32,000 nt of DNA from Candidatus Portiera aleyrodidarum (lineage in GTDB: Bacteria; Pseudomonadota; Gammaproteobacteria; Johnevansiales; Johnevansiaceae), in the NCBI RefSeq assembly GCF_000953395.1, contig NZ_LN649236.1:248823-280822 (forward strand). The letters are read 5' to 3'. Positions within the stretch are counted from its first letter, which is position 1. Each line of letters begins with the position of its first letter. Both the position numbers and the translations under genes were made by a program. Positions 22,882-31,395 of the stretch are shown one piece after another. Below the pieces are notes generated by a model. That model saw nothing but the letters and a program-made list of their open reading frames with translations, made no database searches and was not told where the DNA came from.

Positions 22882-24276
22882 TTATCCTAATAAAATTTTA
22901 AGATATTTTTTAGCACGTAATGCCGCCGATCTTACTTGATTAGGAGCTGTACCACCAATATGATTACGTGTATTAATAGAACCTTCTAAAGTTAATACTT
23001 CTAAAATTTCTTCATCAATTTTATTAGAAAATTCACGTAATTTTTCAATATATATTTCATTAAAATTTTTTTGGTTTGTTATTCCATAATAAACTACTTT
23101 ACCAACTATAGAATGAGCATCACGAAAAGGAACACCACGTTTTACTAAATAATCAGCAAAATCGGTTGCTGTAGAATAATTACATAAAGCTGATAAATAC
23201 ATTTTTTTTGGTTTAATTTTTAAAAATTTAATAATATTAATAAAATTATCTATACAATTTATTACTGTTTCAGTAGTATCAAATAAAGGTTCTTTATCTT
23301 CTTGATTATCTTTATTATATGCTAATGGTTGGGATTTCATTAAAACTAATAAATTTAATAAATTGCCATATATACGACCGGTTTTACCTCTAATTAATTC
23401 AGGAATATCTGGATTTTTTTTTTGAGGCATAATTGAAGAACCTGTACATAAACAATCTGGTAATTCTATAAAATCAAAAGGTAAACTTGTCCAGAATATT
23501 AATTCTTCACACATTCTAGATAAATGCATTAATAAAATACTAGAAACTGATGTAAATTCAATTGCAAAATCTCTATCACTTACAGCATCTAAAGAATTTT
23601 CGGTTATATGATCAAAACCTAATAAGTCTTTAATTATATTACGATTAATAGGATATGTAGTTCCAGCTAAAGCGGCGGATCCTAAAGGTAATATATTAAT
23701 TCTTTTACGACATTCTAAAATACGTTCATGATCTCTAGATATCATTTCATGCCAAGCTAATATATGATGTCCAAAAGTTATAGGTTGTGCTATTTGTAAA
23801 TGAGTAAATCCTGGCATTATAGTATCAGATTCACTGATAGCTAAGTTTATTAAACTTTTTCTTAATTTAGTTATTTTTAATTTAATTTTATCTATTTTTT
23901 CTCTTAAATAAAGACGTATATCTGTAGATATTTGATCATTACGTGATCGACCTGTATGTAGTTTTTTTCCAATATTTCCTATTTTTTTGATTAAATTTGC
24001 TTCTATATTCATATGAACATCTTCAAGTTTAATAAACCAATTGATTTTTTCATTATTAATATCTTTTTCAATATTTTTTAATCCATTAATTATTAATTGA
24101 CTTTCTTTTAAAGTTAATAATCCTACAATTTCTAACATTTTTGCATGTGCTATAGATACTTTAATATCATGATAATAAAGACGATAATCAAAATTTATTG
24201 AAGCAGTAAAGTTTTCTACTAATTTATCAGTAGATTTTTTAAATCGTCCAATCCATGGCTTTTTAAAGTTTTTCAT
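22882..24276 (-). CDS. argH: Argininosuccinate lyase
   Basis: The ORF is 464 aa. Motifs: [23 protein letters not shown], and the fumarate-lyase signature [12 protein letters not shown]. Confidence 0.95.
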   Translation of the reverse strand: MKNFKKPWIGRFKKSTDKLVENFTASINFDYRLYYHDIKVSIAHAKMLEIVGLLTLKESQLIINGLKNIEKDINNEKINWFIKLEDVHMNIEANLIKKIGNIGKKLHTGRSRNDQISTDIRLYLREKIDKIKLKITKLRKSLINLAISESDTIMPGFTHLQIAQPITFGHHILAWHEMISRDHERILECRKRINILPLGSAALAGTTYPINRNIIKDLLGFDHITENSLDAVSDRDFAIEFTSVSSILLMHLSRMCEELIFWTSLPFDFIELPDCLCTGSSIMPQKKNPDIPELIRGKTGRIYGNLLNLLVLMKSQPLAYNKDNQEDKEPLFDTTETVINCIDNFINIIKFLKIKPKKMYLSALCNYSTATDFADYLVKRGVPFRDAHSIVGKVVYYGITNQKNFNEIYIEKLREFSNKIDEEILEVLTLEGSINTRNHIGGTAPNQVRSAALRAKKYLKILLG

Positions 24277-24316
24277 TTTTTTCCTTTTTTTCCTTTTTTT
24301 TGATATTATAATATTA

Positions 24317-24389
24317 GCCGGAGTAGCTCACTTGGTAGAGTAACGCATTCGTAATGCGTAGGTAATAGGTTCAAATCCTATCTCCGGTA
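24317..24389 (+). tRNA. tRNA-Thr (anticodon CGU)
   Basis: Acceptor GCCGGAG/CTCCGGT (G1:U72), anticodon stem ACGCA/TGCGT with loop TTCGTAA, T arm ATAGG-TTCAAAT-CCTAT. The central part is close to E. coli thrW (GCATTCGTAATGCG). No CCA is encoded. Confidence 0.92.
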
Positions 24390-24398
24390 TATAATTAT

Positions 24399-25412
24399 TT
24401 ATATTAATTTTTCATTTTTAAATTCACTTTTTAAATATGCATAATACATAGGAGCAGCTATTAAACCGGAAAAACCAAATGCAGCATCAAAAACTAACAT
24501 AGCAAATAATAATTCCCATGCATGAGAATTAATACGCATACCTATAATACGAGCATTTAAAAAATATTCTAATTTATGAATAGCTATTAAATAAGAAAGT
24601 ATTATAACTGCAGCCCATATTGATACTGAAAGTGATACAAGAAAAATTAATATATTAGAAATAAGATTACCTATTAATGGTATTAATCCCATTATAAATG
24701 TAATAAGTATTAACGTTTTCGTTAAAGGTATATATACATTAAATAATGGTACACATAATAATAAAAAAATAGCACTTAATATTGTATTAACTAAAGATAT
24801 TTTAAGTTGTGCAAAAACAACATTATGAAAAGCGTTACTTAATATAATAGATCTTTGTAATAAAGCATTAGTAAAAGGAGTAAGTGATTTTATATCAGGT
24901 ATATTTTGTAAAGCAATAATTGCTCCTAAAATCATACCTGCTAATAATGTAAAAAAAATATGTATTGCACCTCTTCCAAATATTTGAATTTCGTTTATAT
25001 GCATATATAACCATTCCTTTATAATCTGACGAAATTCATCTGCACTTTCTGGTAAATAAATTACAATACAAGGAGGTAATTGATGTCTAGCTTTATCAAA
25101 AATTAACATAAATCTTTGAAGAAATTTATCAGGTGTTTTAATTTCATGTAATATTAAACTAATAACTGTAAAAACAAATATACTTAAAATAGTAACTATA
25201 CTAGTTCCTAATAAAACTACTGAAATCAATCTTGCTTTATTTACTGGGATTAATTTTTGTAATAAATGTGTAATTGCATTAACTAATTCAAATACTAATA
25301 AACCCGATAATAAACATGGTAAAAGATGCAAAGGAAATATTAATAACAAACCCATAAAAAAAATTAACAAACTTATAATAGTAATTTTACTAATTTTCAA
25401 ACTTTTAAACAT
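24399..25412 (-). CDS. Polytopic inner-membrane protein, probably AI-2E family (UPF0118 / PerM-YdiK-TqsA-like) transporter
   Basis: The ORF is 337 aa and highly hydrophobic, with several helix-length runs. The C-terminal third, GLIPLIGNLISN...HKLEYFLNARIIGMRINSHAWELLFAMLVFDAAFGFSGLIAAPMY, fits my memory of the AI-2E pattern iP.iG ... q.le.n.l.P...g..l.p ... G..G...a.P. That it is a real CDS is near certain. The family assignment is from memory only. Confidence 0.6.
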   Translation of the reverse strand: MFKSLKISKITIISLLIFFMGLLLIFPLHLLPCLLSGLLVFELVNAITHLLQKLIPVNKARLISVVLLGTSIVTILSIFVFTVISLILHEIKTPDKFLQRFMLIFDKARHQLPPCIVIYLPESADEFRQIIKEWLYMHINEIQIFGRGAIHIFFTLLAGMILGAIIALQNIPDIKSLTPFTNALLQRSIILSNAFHNVVFAQLKISLVNTILSAIFLLLCVPLFNVYIPLTKTLILITFIMGLIPLIGNLISNILIFLVSLSVSIWAAVIILSYLIAIHKLEYFLNARIIGMRINSHAWELLFAMLVFDAAFGFSGLIAAPMYYAYLKSEFKNEKLI

Positions 25413-25430
25413 ATAAATGTTCCTAACTAT

Positions 25431-26372
25431 TTAAACTAAAGAGGGTATTGTTTTATTACAACGAGAAAATAAAATATCTCTATATTTTTTAGGCTCTTTA
25501 GGTATTAACTTATGAGCTAACGGAAAAATCTTTATTACTAATAAACGAGAAATCCAATATCTTAAAGCTGTTAACCGTAACATTTTTGGCCACATATATA
25601 ATTCTTCTTTTGTAAAAGGACGTTCAATAATATAATTATTTAATATTGCTTTATATTTATCTTCTATAAGATTACCATCTTTATCACTACACCAATCATT
25701 TATTAAAATTGCTAAATCAAAAATTAAATCTCCTGTACATCCATTATAAAAATCTATTAAACCACAAAGATTGTTACCATAAAATAATGTATTATCTCTA
25801 AATAAATCACCATGCAGGATACCTTGTGGTAAGTTTTTTTTTACTAAATGTTTTAATAAATATATTTGATTAAACATTAACTTTTGATCTTTTTTATTTA
25901 AAAAAGATATAACTTTATAATAATTTAAACTAATCCAATTAATATCTCTTAAATTTTGTTTTTTAAATTGAAAGTTTTTAGATATTGAATGTAATCTACC
26001 TAATGTTTTACCAATTATAGAACATTGTTCTATAGTAGGTGTTATAGGATGTATACCATATAATTTAGGAAACAATAAAGCATTTTTACCAGATATTTTT
26101 TTTATTATTATATTTTTTTTATCATTTAAAGGTACTGCTACTGGTAAACAATGTGAATAAAGAAATTTTAATAAATCTATAAAAAAAGTTAAATCATTAT
26201 ATGAACATTGTTCAAATAATGTTAATACAAATTTTTTATTTTCTGTATTAATAAAAAAAGTAGAATTTTCTGTACCTTGATTTACTTCTTTAAAGTTTAT
26301 TAATTTTGTTATATTAAAACTTTTTAAAAATAAACTTAATTGTGTTTTTTTTATTTTAGTAAATACAGCCAT
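25431..26372 (-). CDS. thrB: Homoserine kinase, Pseudomonas-type (aminoglycoside-phosphotransferase fold)
   Basis: The ORF is 313 aa. The N-terminus MAVFTKI...FKEVNQGTENSTFFINTENKKFVLTLFE parallels P. aeruginosa ThrB (MSVFTPL...GIAEGSENSNFFV...FVLTL). Catalytic motifs: HGDLFRDNTLF and GLIDFYNGCTG. DWCSDKDGNL and LRYWISRL also match. Confidence 0.88.
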   Translation of the reverse strand: MAVFTKIKKTQLSLFLKSFNITKLINFKEVNQGTENSTFFINTENKKFVLTLFEQCSYNDLTFFIDLLKFLYSHCLPVAVPLNDKKNIIIKKISGKNALLFPKLYGIHPITPTIEQCSIIGKTLGRLHSISKNFQFKKQNLRDINWISLNYYKVISFLNKKDQKLMFNQIYLLKHLVKKNLPQGILHGDLFRDNTLFYGNNLCGLIDFYNGCTGDLIFDLAILINDWCSDKDGNLIEDKYKAILNNYIIERPFTKEELYMWPKMLRLTALRYWISRLLVIKIFPLAHKLIPKEPKKYRDILFSRCNKTIPSLV

Positions 26373-26380
26373 AAGAATAT

Positions 26381-27430
26381 TTATTTTAATATATATTTAA
26401 TAGTTTCAATTAAATAATTCATTTGTTGTATAGTACCTATAGATATACGTATATAATTATTAATATTATTAAAATACCTTACTAGTATACCATGATTGCG
26501 TAATTTAATAAACATTTCTTTTGCTGATATATTAATTGGTTTAACTAAAATAAAATTAGCTTTAGAAGGTAAAACTGTAAAACCAAAAAACATTAATTTT
26601 TTTGATAATTTCTCACGTATATAAATAATATAATTACAATTTTTTGTTAAATATTTAATATCTTTAATAGCTTCAATAGCTATTAATTCACTAATAATAT
26701 CAATAGGATATGAATTAAATGAATTTTTTACTTTTTCTAATCCTTTTATTAAATAAGTAGATCCTATTGCAAAACCAATTCTTATCCCAGCTAAGCTATA
26801 AGCTTTTGATAAAGTATTTACAATTAATAAATTTTTATATTTTTTTATAAGTGGTATAGCACTTTCAGAACCAAAATTAATATATGCTTCATCAATTAAA
26901 ACTACATATTCCTTATGTATATCAAGAAAATTAGTAATATCTATATAAGATATTGCATGACCTGTAGGTGTATTAGGATTAGCAAATATTATACCTCCAT
27001 TAGGTATATTCATTTTATTTAAATTTATTTCAAAATTTTTTTTTAATGGTATTGTTTTATATTTAATATTATACAGTTTACAATAAACTGGATAAAAACT
27101 ATAAGTTATAGTGGGCATTATTACTGGTAAGTTTTGACAAAAAAAAGTCATAAAAGCTAAAGCTAATACTTCATCTGAACCATTACCAATAAAAATTTGT
27201 TCATATTTAATATTATATATTTTGGCAATAGTTTTTCTAAGATTACTAGTTGATGGATCAGGATAAAGTCTTAAAGTATAATAATTAATTTTTTTTAATA
27301 ACTTATTTATTTTAGGAGTAGGAGGATAAGGATTTTCATTTGTATTTAATTTTATCATTTTTTTATATGGTTGTTCACCAGGTATATAGGGATTTAATTG
27401 ATTAAGTTTATAACTCAAAGTTTTTCTCAT
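26381..27430 (-). CDS. hisC: Histidinol-phosphate aminotransferase
   Basis: The ORF is 349 aa. Motifs: LNTNENPYPPTP, GNGSDEV, IDEAYINF, PLP-lysine LSKAYSLAGIRIGFAIG. Confidence 0.9.
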   Translation of the reverse strand: MRKTLSYKLNQLNPYIPGEQPYKKMIKLNTNENPYPPTPKINKLLKKINYYTLRLYPDPSTSNLRKTIAKIYNIKYEQIFIGNGSDEVLALAFMTFFCQNLPVIMPTITYSFYPVYCKLYNIKYKTIPLKKNFEINLNKMNIPNGGIIFANPNTPTGHAISYIDITNFLDIHKEYVVLIDEAYINFGSESAIPLIKKYKNLLIVNTLSKAYSLAGIRIGFAIGSTYLIKGLEKVKNSFNSYPIDIISELIAIEAIKDIKYLTKNCNYIIYIREKLSKKLMFFGFTVLPSKANFILVKPINISAKEMFIKLRNHGILVRYFNNINNYIRISIGTIQQMNYLIETIKYILK

Positions 27431-27441
27431 TTTATATTACC

Positions 27442-28209
27442 TTAAAATCTAACAGAAATTCCTTTTTTTGCCATATAAGTTTTAGCTTGATCAATTGTAT
27501 ATTCACCAAAATGAAATATACTAGCTGCTAAAACCGCATCTGCTTTACCTTTTTTTATACCATCTACCAAATGATTTAAATTACCAACTCCTCCAGAAGC
27601 AATAATTGGTACTTTTACTCTTTTACTAATCTTTTTAATAAGATTAATATCAAAGCCACTTTTAGTTCCATCTCTATCAATACTAGTTATTAATAATTCC
27701 CCTGCTCCATATTTTACCATTTTACAAGCCCAATCAATTGCACTGATACCACTATATTTTCTTCCTCCATAAGTTAATATTTCCCAATATTCTTTTTTAT
27801 TTTTTTTTCTTTTAGCATCTATAGCTACTACGATACATTGACTACCAAATTTATCAGATGCTTCACGTACTATATTAGGATTTAATACAGCTGCAGTATT
27901 TATTGAAACTTTATCTGCGCCTGCATTAAGTAAATCTCTAATATTCTCACAATTGTTTATTCCACCACCGACTGTTAAAGGTATAAAAATTTCATTTGCT
28001 ATTTTATTTACTACTTTTATAGTATTATTTTTACCACTATAACTTGCTTGAATATCTAATAATGCAATTTCATCTGCATTTTGTTCGTTATAAAATTTTG
28101 CAATTTCTAAAGGATCACCTGCATAACGAATATTTTCAAAATTGATACCTTTTACTACTTTACCACAATCAATATCTAAGCAAGGAATAATACGTTTAGA
28201 TAAACTCAT
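27442..28209 (-). CDS. hisF: Imidazole glycerol phosphate synthase, cyclase subunit
   Basis: The ORF is 255 aa. Motifs: [52 protein letters not shown]. Confidence 0.95.
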   Translation of the reverse strand: MSLSKRIIPCLDIDCGKVVKGINFENIRYAGDPLEIAKFYNEQNADEIALLDIQASYSGKNNTIKVVNKIANEIFIPLTVGGGINNCENIRDLLNAGADKVSINTAAVLNPNIVREASDKFGSQCIVVAIDAKRKKNKKEYWEILTYGGRKYSGISAIDWACKMVKYGAGELLITSIDRDGTKSGFDINLIKKISKRVKVPIIASGGVGNLNHLVDGIKKGKADAVLAASIFHFGEYTIDQAKTYMAKKGISVRF

Positions 28210-28217
28210 ATAAAAAC

Positions 28218-28943
28218 CTAATTATTAATAATTAATTGTGATTTATATAAATCTATTTTACCTTCATAAAAAGCACGACCTATAATAGTACCTACTATAA
28301 AAAGTTTTTTATATTTTTTTAAATAAATTATATCAAAAATATTATTTAATCCTCCAGAAGCAATAATTGGTATATTAACTATATTAGCTAACTTTATTGT
28401 ATTTTTAATATTTAATCCTTGCATCATACCATCTCTAGAAATATCAGTATATATTATTGAACTGATACCACAATTATAAAAGTTTTTTGCTAAATCTATA
28501 GATTTAATATTTGATATTTTTTTCCAACCATCAATAGCAACATATCCATTATATGAATCTATACTTAAAATAATATGTTTACCAAATTGTTTACATATAT
28601 TATATATTATATGTGGTTTTTTTATTGCTAAAGTGCCTATAATTACATATTTTATACCTATATCTAAATATTTTTTTATTGTATCACTATTTCTAATACC
28701 ACCACCTATTTGTATAATTAACTTAGGATATTTTTTTATAATTTTGTTTATAATATAAATATTTACTGGTTCTCCTAAAACAGCACCATTTAAATCTATG
28801 ATATGTAATCTTTTTATACCTAATTTTATAAATTGTTTTATAATATTTAAAGGATTACCATAATCTGTAACATTATACATACGTCCTTGTTTTAATCTAA
28901 CACATCTACAATCTTTTAAATCTATAGCAGGTATTATTAACAT
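28218..28943 (-). CDS. hisA: ProFAR isomerase (1-(5-phosphoribosyl)-5-[(5-phosphoribosylamino)methylideneamino]imidazole-4-carboxamide isomerase)
   Basis: Motifs: [51 protein letters not shown] prefer the ATG at 28943, which follows AAAAGAGAT. The ORF-track TTG start at 28970 would overlap hisH and add 9 non-conserved residues. Confidence 0.9.
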   Translation of the reverse strand: MLIIPAIDLKDCRCVRLKQGRMYNVTDYGNPLNIIKQFIKLGIKRLHIIDLNGAVLGEPVNIYIINKIIKKYPKLIIQIGGGIRNSDTIKKYLDIGIKYVIIGTLAIKKPHIIYNICKQFGKHIILSIDSYNGYVAIDGWKKISNIKSIDLAKNFYNCGISSIIYTDISRDGMMQGLNIKNTIKLANIVNIPIIASGGLNNIFDIIYLKKYKKLFIVGTIIGRAFYEGKIDLYKSQLIINN

Positions 28944-28957
28944 TTGAATATCTCTTT

Positions 28958-29575
28958 TTAAGGTAACCAATTAATAAAATTTTTTAAAAATTTAAGTCCT
29001 ATAAACGAACTTTTTTCAGGATGAAATTGAACCGTTATAACTGACTTATAACCAGTAATAACATTAGCACGTATACCACCATATTCAGTAATACCAAAAA
29101 TATTATTTTTCAAATTTGCTTTTACATAATAACTATGTACAAAATAAAATCTTGCTCCACTTTTTATTCCATTCCAAATAGGATGTTCATTATATTTATA
29201 TACAACATTCCATCCTATATGTGGTATTTTAAACTTGCCCTTATATTTTTTTACCACACCTGGAATATAATTCATACAAAATACACTATTATTTTCTTCA
29301 CTAGATTCCATTAATAAATGTTGACCTATACAAATTCCTAATACTGGTTTATTTTTAATAGATATTAAATCTTTTATTAACCAATATAATTCTTTTTTTT
29401 TAAGTTCATTTATACAATCTTTTATAGCACCTTGACCAGGTAATATAATACGATTAGATTTTTTAATTTGTTGAGCATTATTACTAATGATAACCTTTTC
29501 ATTAGTAACTTTTTTTATTGCATTTGCTACTGAATATAAATTACCAATTCCATAATCAATAATTATTATTGCCAT
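28958..29575 (-). CDS. hisH: Imidazole glycerol phosphate synthase, glutamine amidotransferase subunit
   Basis: The ORF is 205 aa. Motifs: IIIDYGIGNLYSV, LPGQGA, nucleophile GICIGQHLL, FVHSYY, QFHPEKS. Confidence 0.93.
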   Translation of the reverse strand: MAIIIIDYGIGNLYSVANAIKKVTNEKVIISNNAQQIKKSNRIILPGQGAIKDCINELKKKELYWLIKDLISIKNKPVLGICIGQHLLMESSEENNSVFCMNYIPGVVKKYKGKFKIPHIGWNVVYKYNEHPIWNGIKSGARFYFVHSYYVKANLKNNIFGITEYGGIRANVITGYKSVITVQFHPEKSSFIGLKFLKNFINWLP

Positions 29576-29586
29576 AATATATTTTT

Positions 29587-30180
29587 TTATAAAATACCTT
29601 TAGTAGAATATAATTTATTTTTTATACGTTTATCTAATGATATGGCTATACGTATAGCAACACCAAAAGCTTTAAATATACTTTCAATTTGATGATGTGA
29701 ATTAAATCCTTTTACATTATCAATATGTAATGTACTATTGGAATTATTAACCCACCCGTGGAAAAATTCTCTAAAAAGATCAAACTTACCTAAATTAGTC
29801 ATATGTAATGATGGCCTACCAGAAAAATCAATAACTACACGTGATAAAGATTCATCCATAGGTATATAAGCCAAACCATACCTTTTTATTCCAATTTTAT
29901 TTCCTAAAGCTTTTTTAAAAGCTTTACCCATAGCTATACCTATATCTTCTATAGTATGATGATTTTCAATAGGTGAATATACTTTTGTTTTTATAGTAAT
30001 ATCTATTTGTCCATTAGTAGTTAATTGATCAAGCATATGTTCTAAGAATTCTATTCCACAATTAATATTTAATTTACCTTGACCATCTAAATTTATATAA
30101 ACCCTAATTTTAGTTTCATTTGTTTCTCGATATATACTAGCAGTACGATATTTTTTTAATTGTTTATTATAAAACGACAT
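29587..30180 (-). CDS. hisB: Imidazoleglycerol-phosphate dehydratase, monofunctional (no histidinol-phosphatase domain)
   Basis: The ORF is 197 aa. Motifs: RETNETKIRVYINLDG, GIEFLEHMLDQL, NHHTIEDIGIA, RYG, PMDESL, FNSHHQIESIFKAFG. AGGAA lies 6 nt upstream of the ATG. Confidence 0.93.
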   Translation of the reverse strand: MSFYNKQLKKYRTASIYRETNETKIRVYINLDGQGKLNINCGIEFLEHMLDQLTTNGQIDITIKTKVYSPIENHHTIEDIGIAMGKAFKKALGNKIGIKRYGLAYIPMDESLSRVVIDFSGRPSLHMTNLGKFDLFREFFHGWVNNSNSTLHIDNVKGFNSHHQIESIFKAFGVAIRIAISLDKRIKNKLYSTKGIL

Positions 30181-30236
30181 AAAAATTCCTATTATTGTAT
30201 TTTTATTACTATAACTTTATTATAATATTTATTATA

Positions 30237-30309
<73 letters not shown>

Positions 30310-30316
30310 ATAAAAA

Positions 30317-30387
30317 TGGGGTATAGCCAAGTGGTAAGGCACCGGTTTTTGGTATCGGTATCCCAGGTTCGAATCCTGGTACCCCAG
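30317..30387 (+). tRNA. tRNA-Gln (anticodon UUG)
   Basis: Acceptor TGGGGTA/TACCCCA (U1:A72 as in E. coli tRNA-Gln), GCCAAGTGGTAAGGCA D arm, anticodon stem CCGGT/ATCGG with loop TTTTGGT, T arm CCAGG-TTCGAAT-CCTGG. No CCA is encoded. Confidence 0.9.
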
Positions 30388-30394
30388 TTGGTTA

Positions 30395-30467
30395 GCCGAT
30401 ATAGCTCAGTTGGTAGAGCATCTGATTTGTAATCAGGTTGTCTCAGGTTCGAATCCTGATGTCGGCA
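30395..30467 (+). tRNA. tRNA-Thr (anticodon UGU)
   Basis: Acceptor GCCGATA/TGTCGGC, anticodon stem TCTGA/TCAGG with loop TTTGTAA, T arm TCAGG-TTCGAAT-CCTGA. Resembles E. coli thrU. No CCA is encoded. Confidence 0.93.
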
Positions 30468-30483
30468 TATAAAAAAGATTGAG

Positions 30484-30820
30484 TGGAGGCGGCGGGATTT
30501 GAACCCGCGTCCATAAATAGAAATTATTAAGTTGATACATGTTTATCTTCATCTTTATAAAAATTTACTTTATTAATAAACCTGATGAGCACGATTTATT
30601 AAAGTAAGTCTTATTATATATTGAACGTTCAATAAAAAGACATTAATGAACGCTATACTAGTTCCATAAACTTAGGAAGTTGAATTTATGCTGCTAATCC
30701 TAAATTATGAGCAAAACTTTTATTATTGGCAAATATATATTAACTTTTAATTAACGAGATAAGTTAAATCTCGACATGACACTTAAAAGTTTTTATTTAT
30801 GTCGAATCCATAACGCCCCC
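30484..30820 (-). ncRNA. ssrA: tmRNA (transfer-messenger RNA), standard one-piece form
   Basis: On the minus strand the 5' end GGGGGCGTTATGGATTCGAC parallels E. coli GGGGCUGAUUCUGGAUUCGAC. The 3' end is GGACGCGGGTTCAAATCCCGCCGCCTCCA. A G3:U70 pair in the acceptor stem fits alanine charging. The PK1 pseudoknot is recognisable: hairpin CGAGAT-TTAACTT-ATCTCG, whose loop pairs with a downstream AAGTTAA. The gene lies directly downstream of smpB, as in E. coli. Confidence 0.9.
30686..30730 (-). other. tmRNA tag reading frame encoding ANNKSFAHNLGLAA, plus stop
   Basis: The sequence GCC AAT AAT AAA AGT TTT GCT CAT AAT TTA GGA TTA GCA GCA TAA begins 10 nt after the PK1 3' strand. It ends in the canonical hydrophobic ..LAA degron. 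The choice of resume codon follows the E. coli layout. Confidence 0.75.
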
Positions 30821-30861
30821 ATAGTAGTTATACTAATAAAACTTATTAGTTATGTCAAATG

Positions 30862-31302
30862 TTAAAAACTTAATTTTTTTTTACGATCCCAATCTCTTTT
30901 TTTTTCTATTTCACGTTTATCAATTAATTTTTTACCTTTTACTAAAGCTAATTCACATTTTATAAGATGTTTTTTCCAATAAAATTTTAAAGGTATACAA
31001 GTATATCGTTTAATATTGATATATGATTTTATATATGAAATTTCTTTTTTTTTAAGTAAAAGTTTTTTTATCTTTTTTATTTTAATTAATTTATTTGTAG
31101 TATTTATAGGTATAAAATTTGCACCTACTAACCAAGCTGAATTATATTTGATTGTAATATAAGTATTATTTAAATTAAATTTATTAAAACGTATACTTTT
31201 TATTTCCCAACCAAAAAAAGATATTCCGGCTTCAAATTTGTCAAAAATAAAATATTTATATTTTGCTTTACGATTATAATAAATTATTGATATATTCTGC
31301 AT
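30862..31302 (-). CDS. smpB: SsrA-binding protein
   Basis: The ORF is 146 aa. NRKAKYKYFIFDKFEAGISFFGWEIKSIR matches [29 protein letters not shown]. Other motifs: KKLLLKKKEI, YWKK...K.ELALVKGKK..DKRE. The basic C-terminal tail is present. Confidence 0.92.
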   Translation of the reverse strand: MQNISIIYYNRKAKYKYFIFDKFEAGISFFGWEIKSIRFNKFNLNNTYITIKYNSAWLVGANFIPINTTNKLIKIKKIKKLLLKKKEISYIKSYINIKRYTCIPLKFYWKKHLIKCELALVKGKKLIDKREIEKKRDWDRKKKLSF

Positions 31303-31395
31303 AAAAGTTTTATTAACTTGAAATTTTATATTTAAGTACTTAAATTATTTATTAAATTTTAACATAAAACTAACTTAGATGTTAGGAATATAATT

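Noticed and set aside
28944-28970. The TTG start at 28970 extending hisA (MVTLKRDIQ...) into the end of hisH
   Set aside because: The extension is not conserved. The ATG at 28943 gives the canonical [10 protein letters not shown]-terminus and has a purine-rich stretch upstream.
30195-30226. TATAAT at 30221-30226 and TTGTAT at 30195-30200, considered as a promoter for the tRNA array. Many other TATAAT hits occur, for example at 4123-4128.
   Set aside because: The 20-nt spacer is too long. TATAAT-like hexamers occur by chance throughout DNA of this composition, so they cannot be supported without TSS data.
31371-31386. A 5-bp inverted repeat, CTAAC-TTAGAT-GTTAG, immediately upstream of the grpE Shine-Dalgarno, considered as an RNA thermometer
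   Set aside because: The stem is very short and does not sequester the AGGA. There is no similarity to ROSE or fourU elements.
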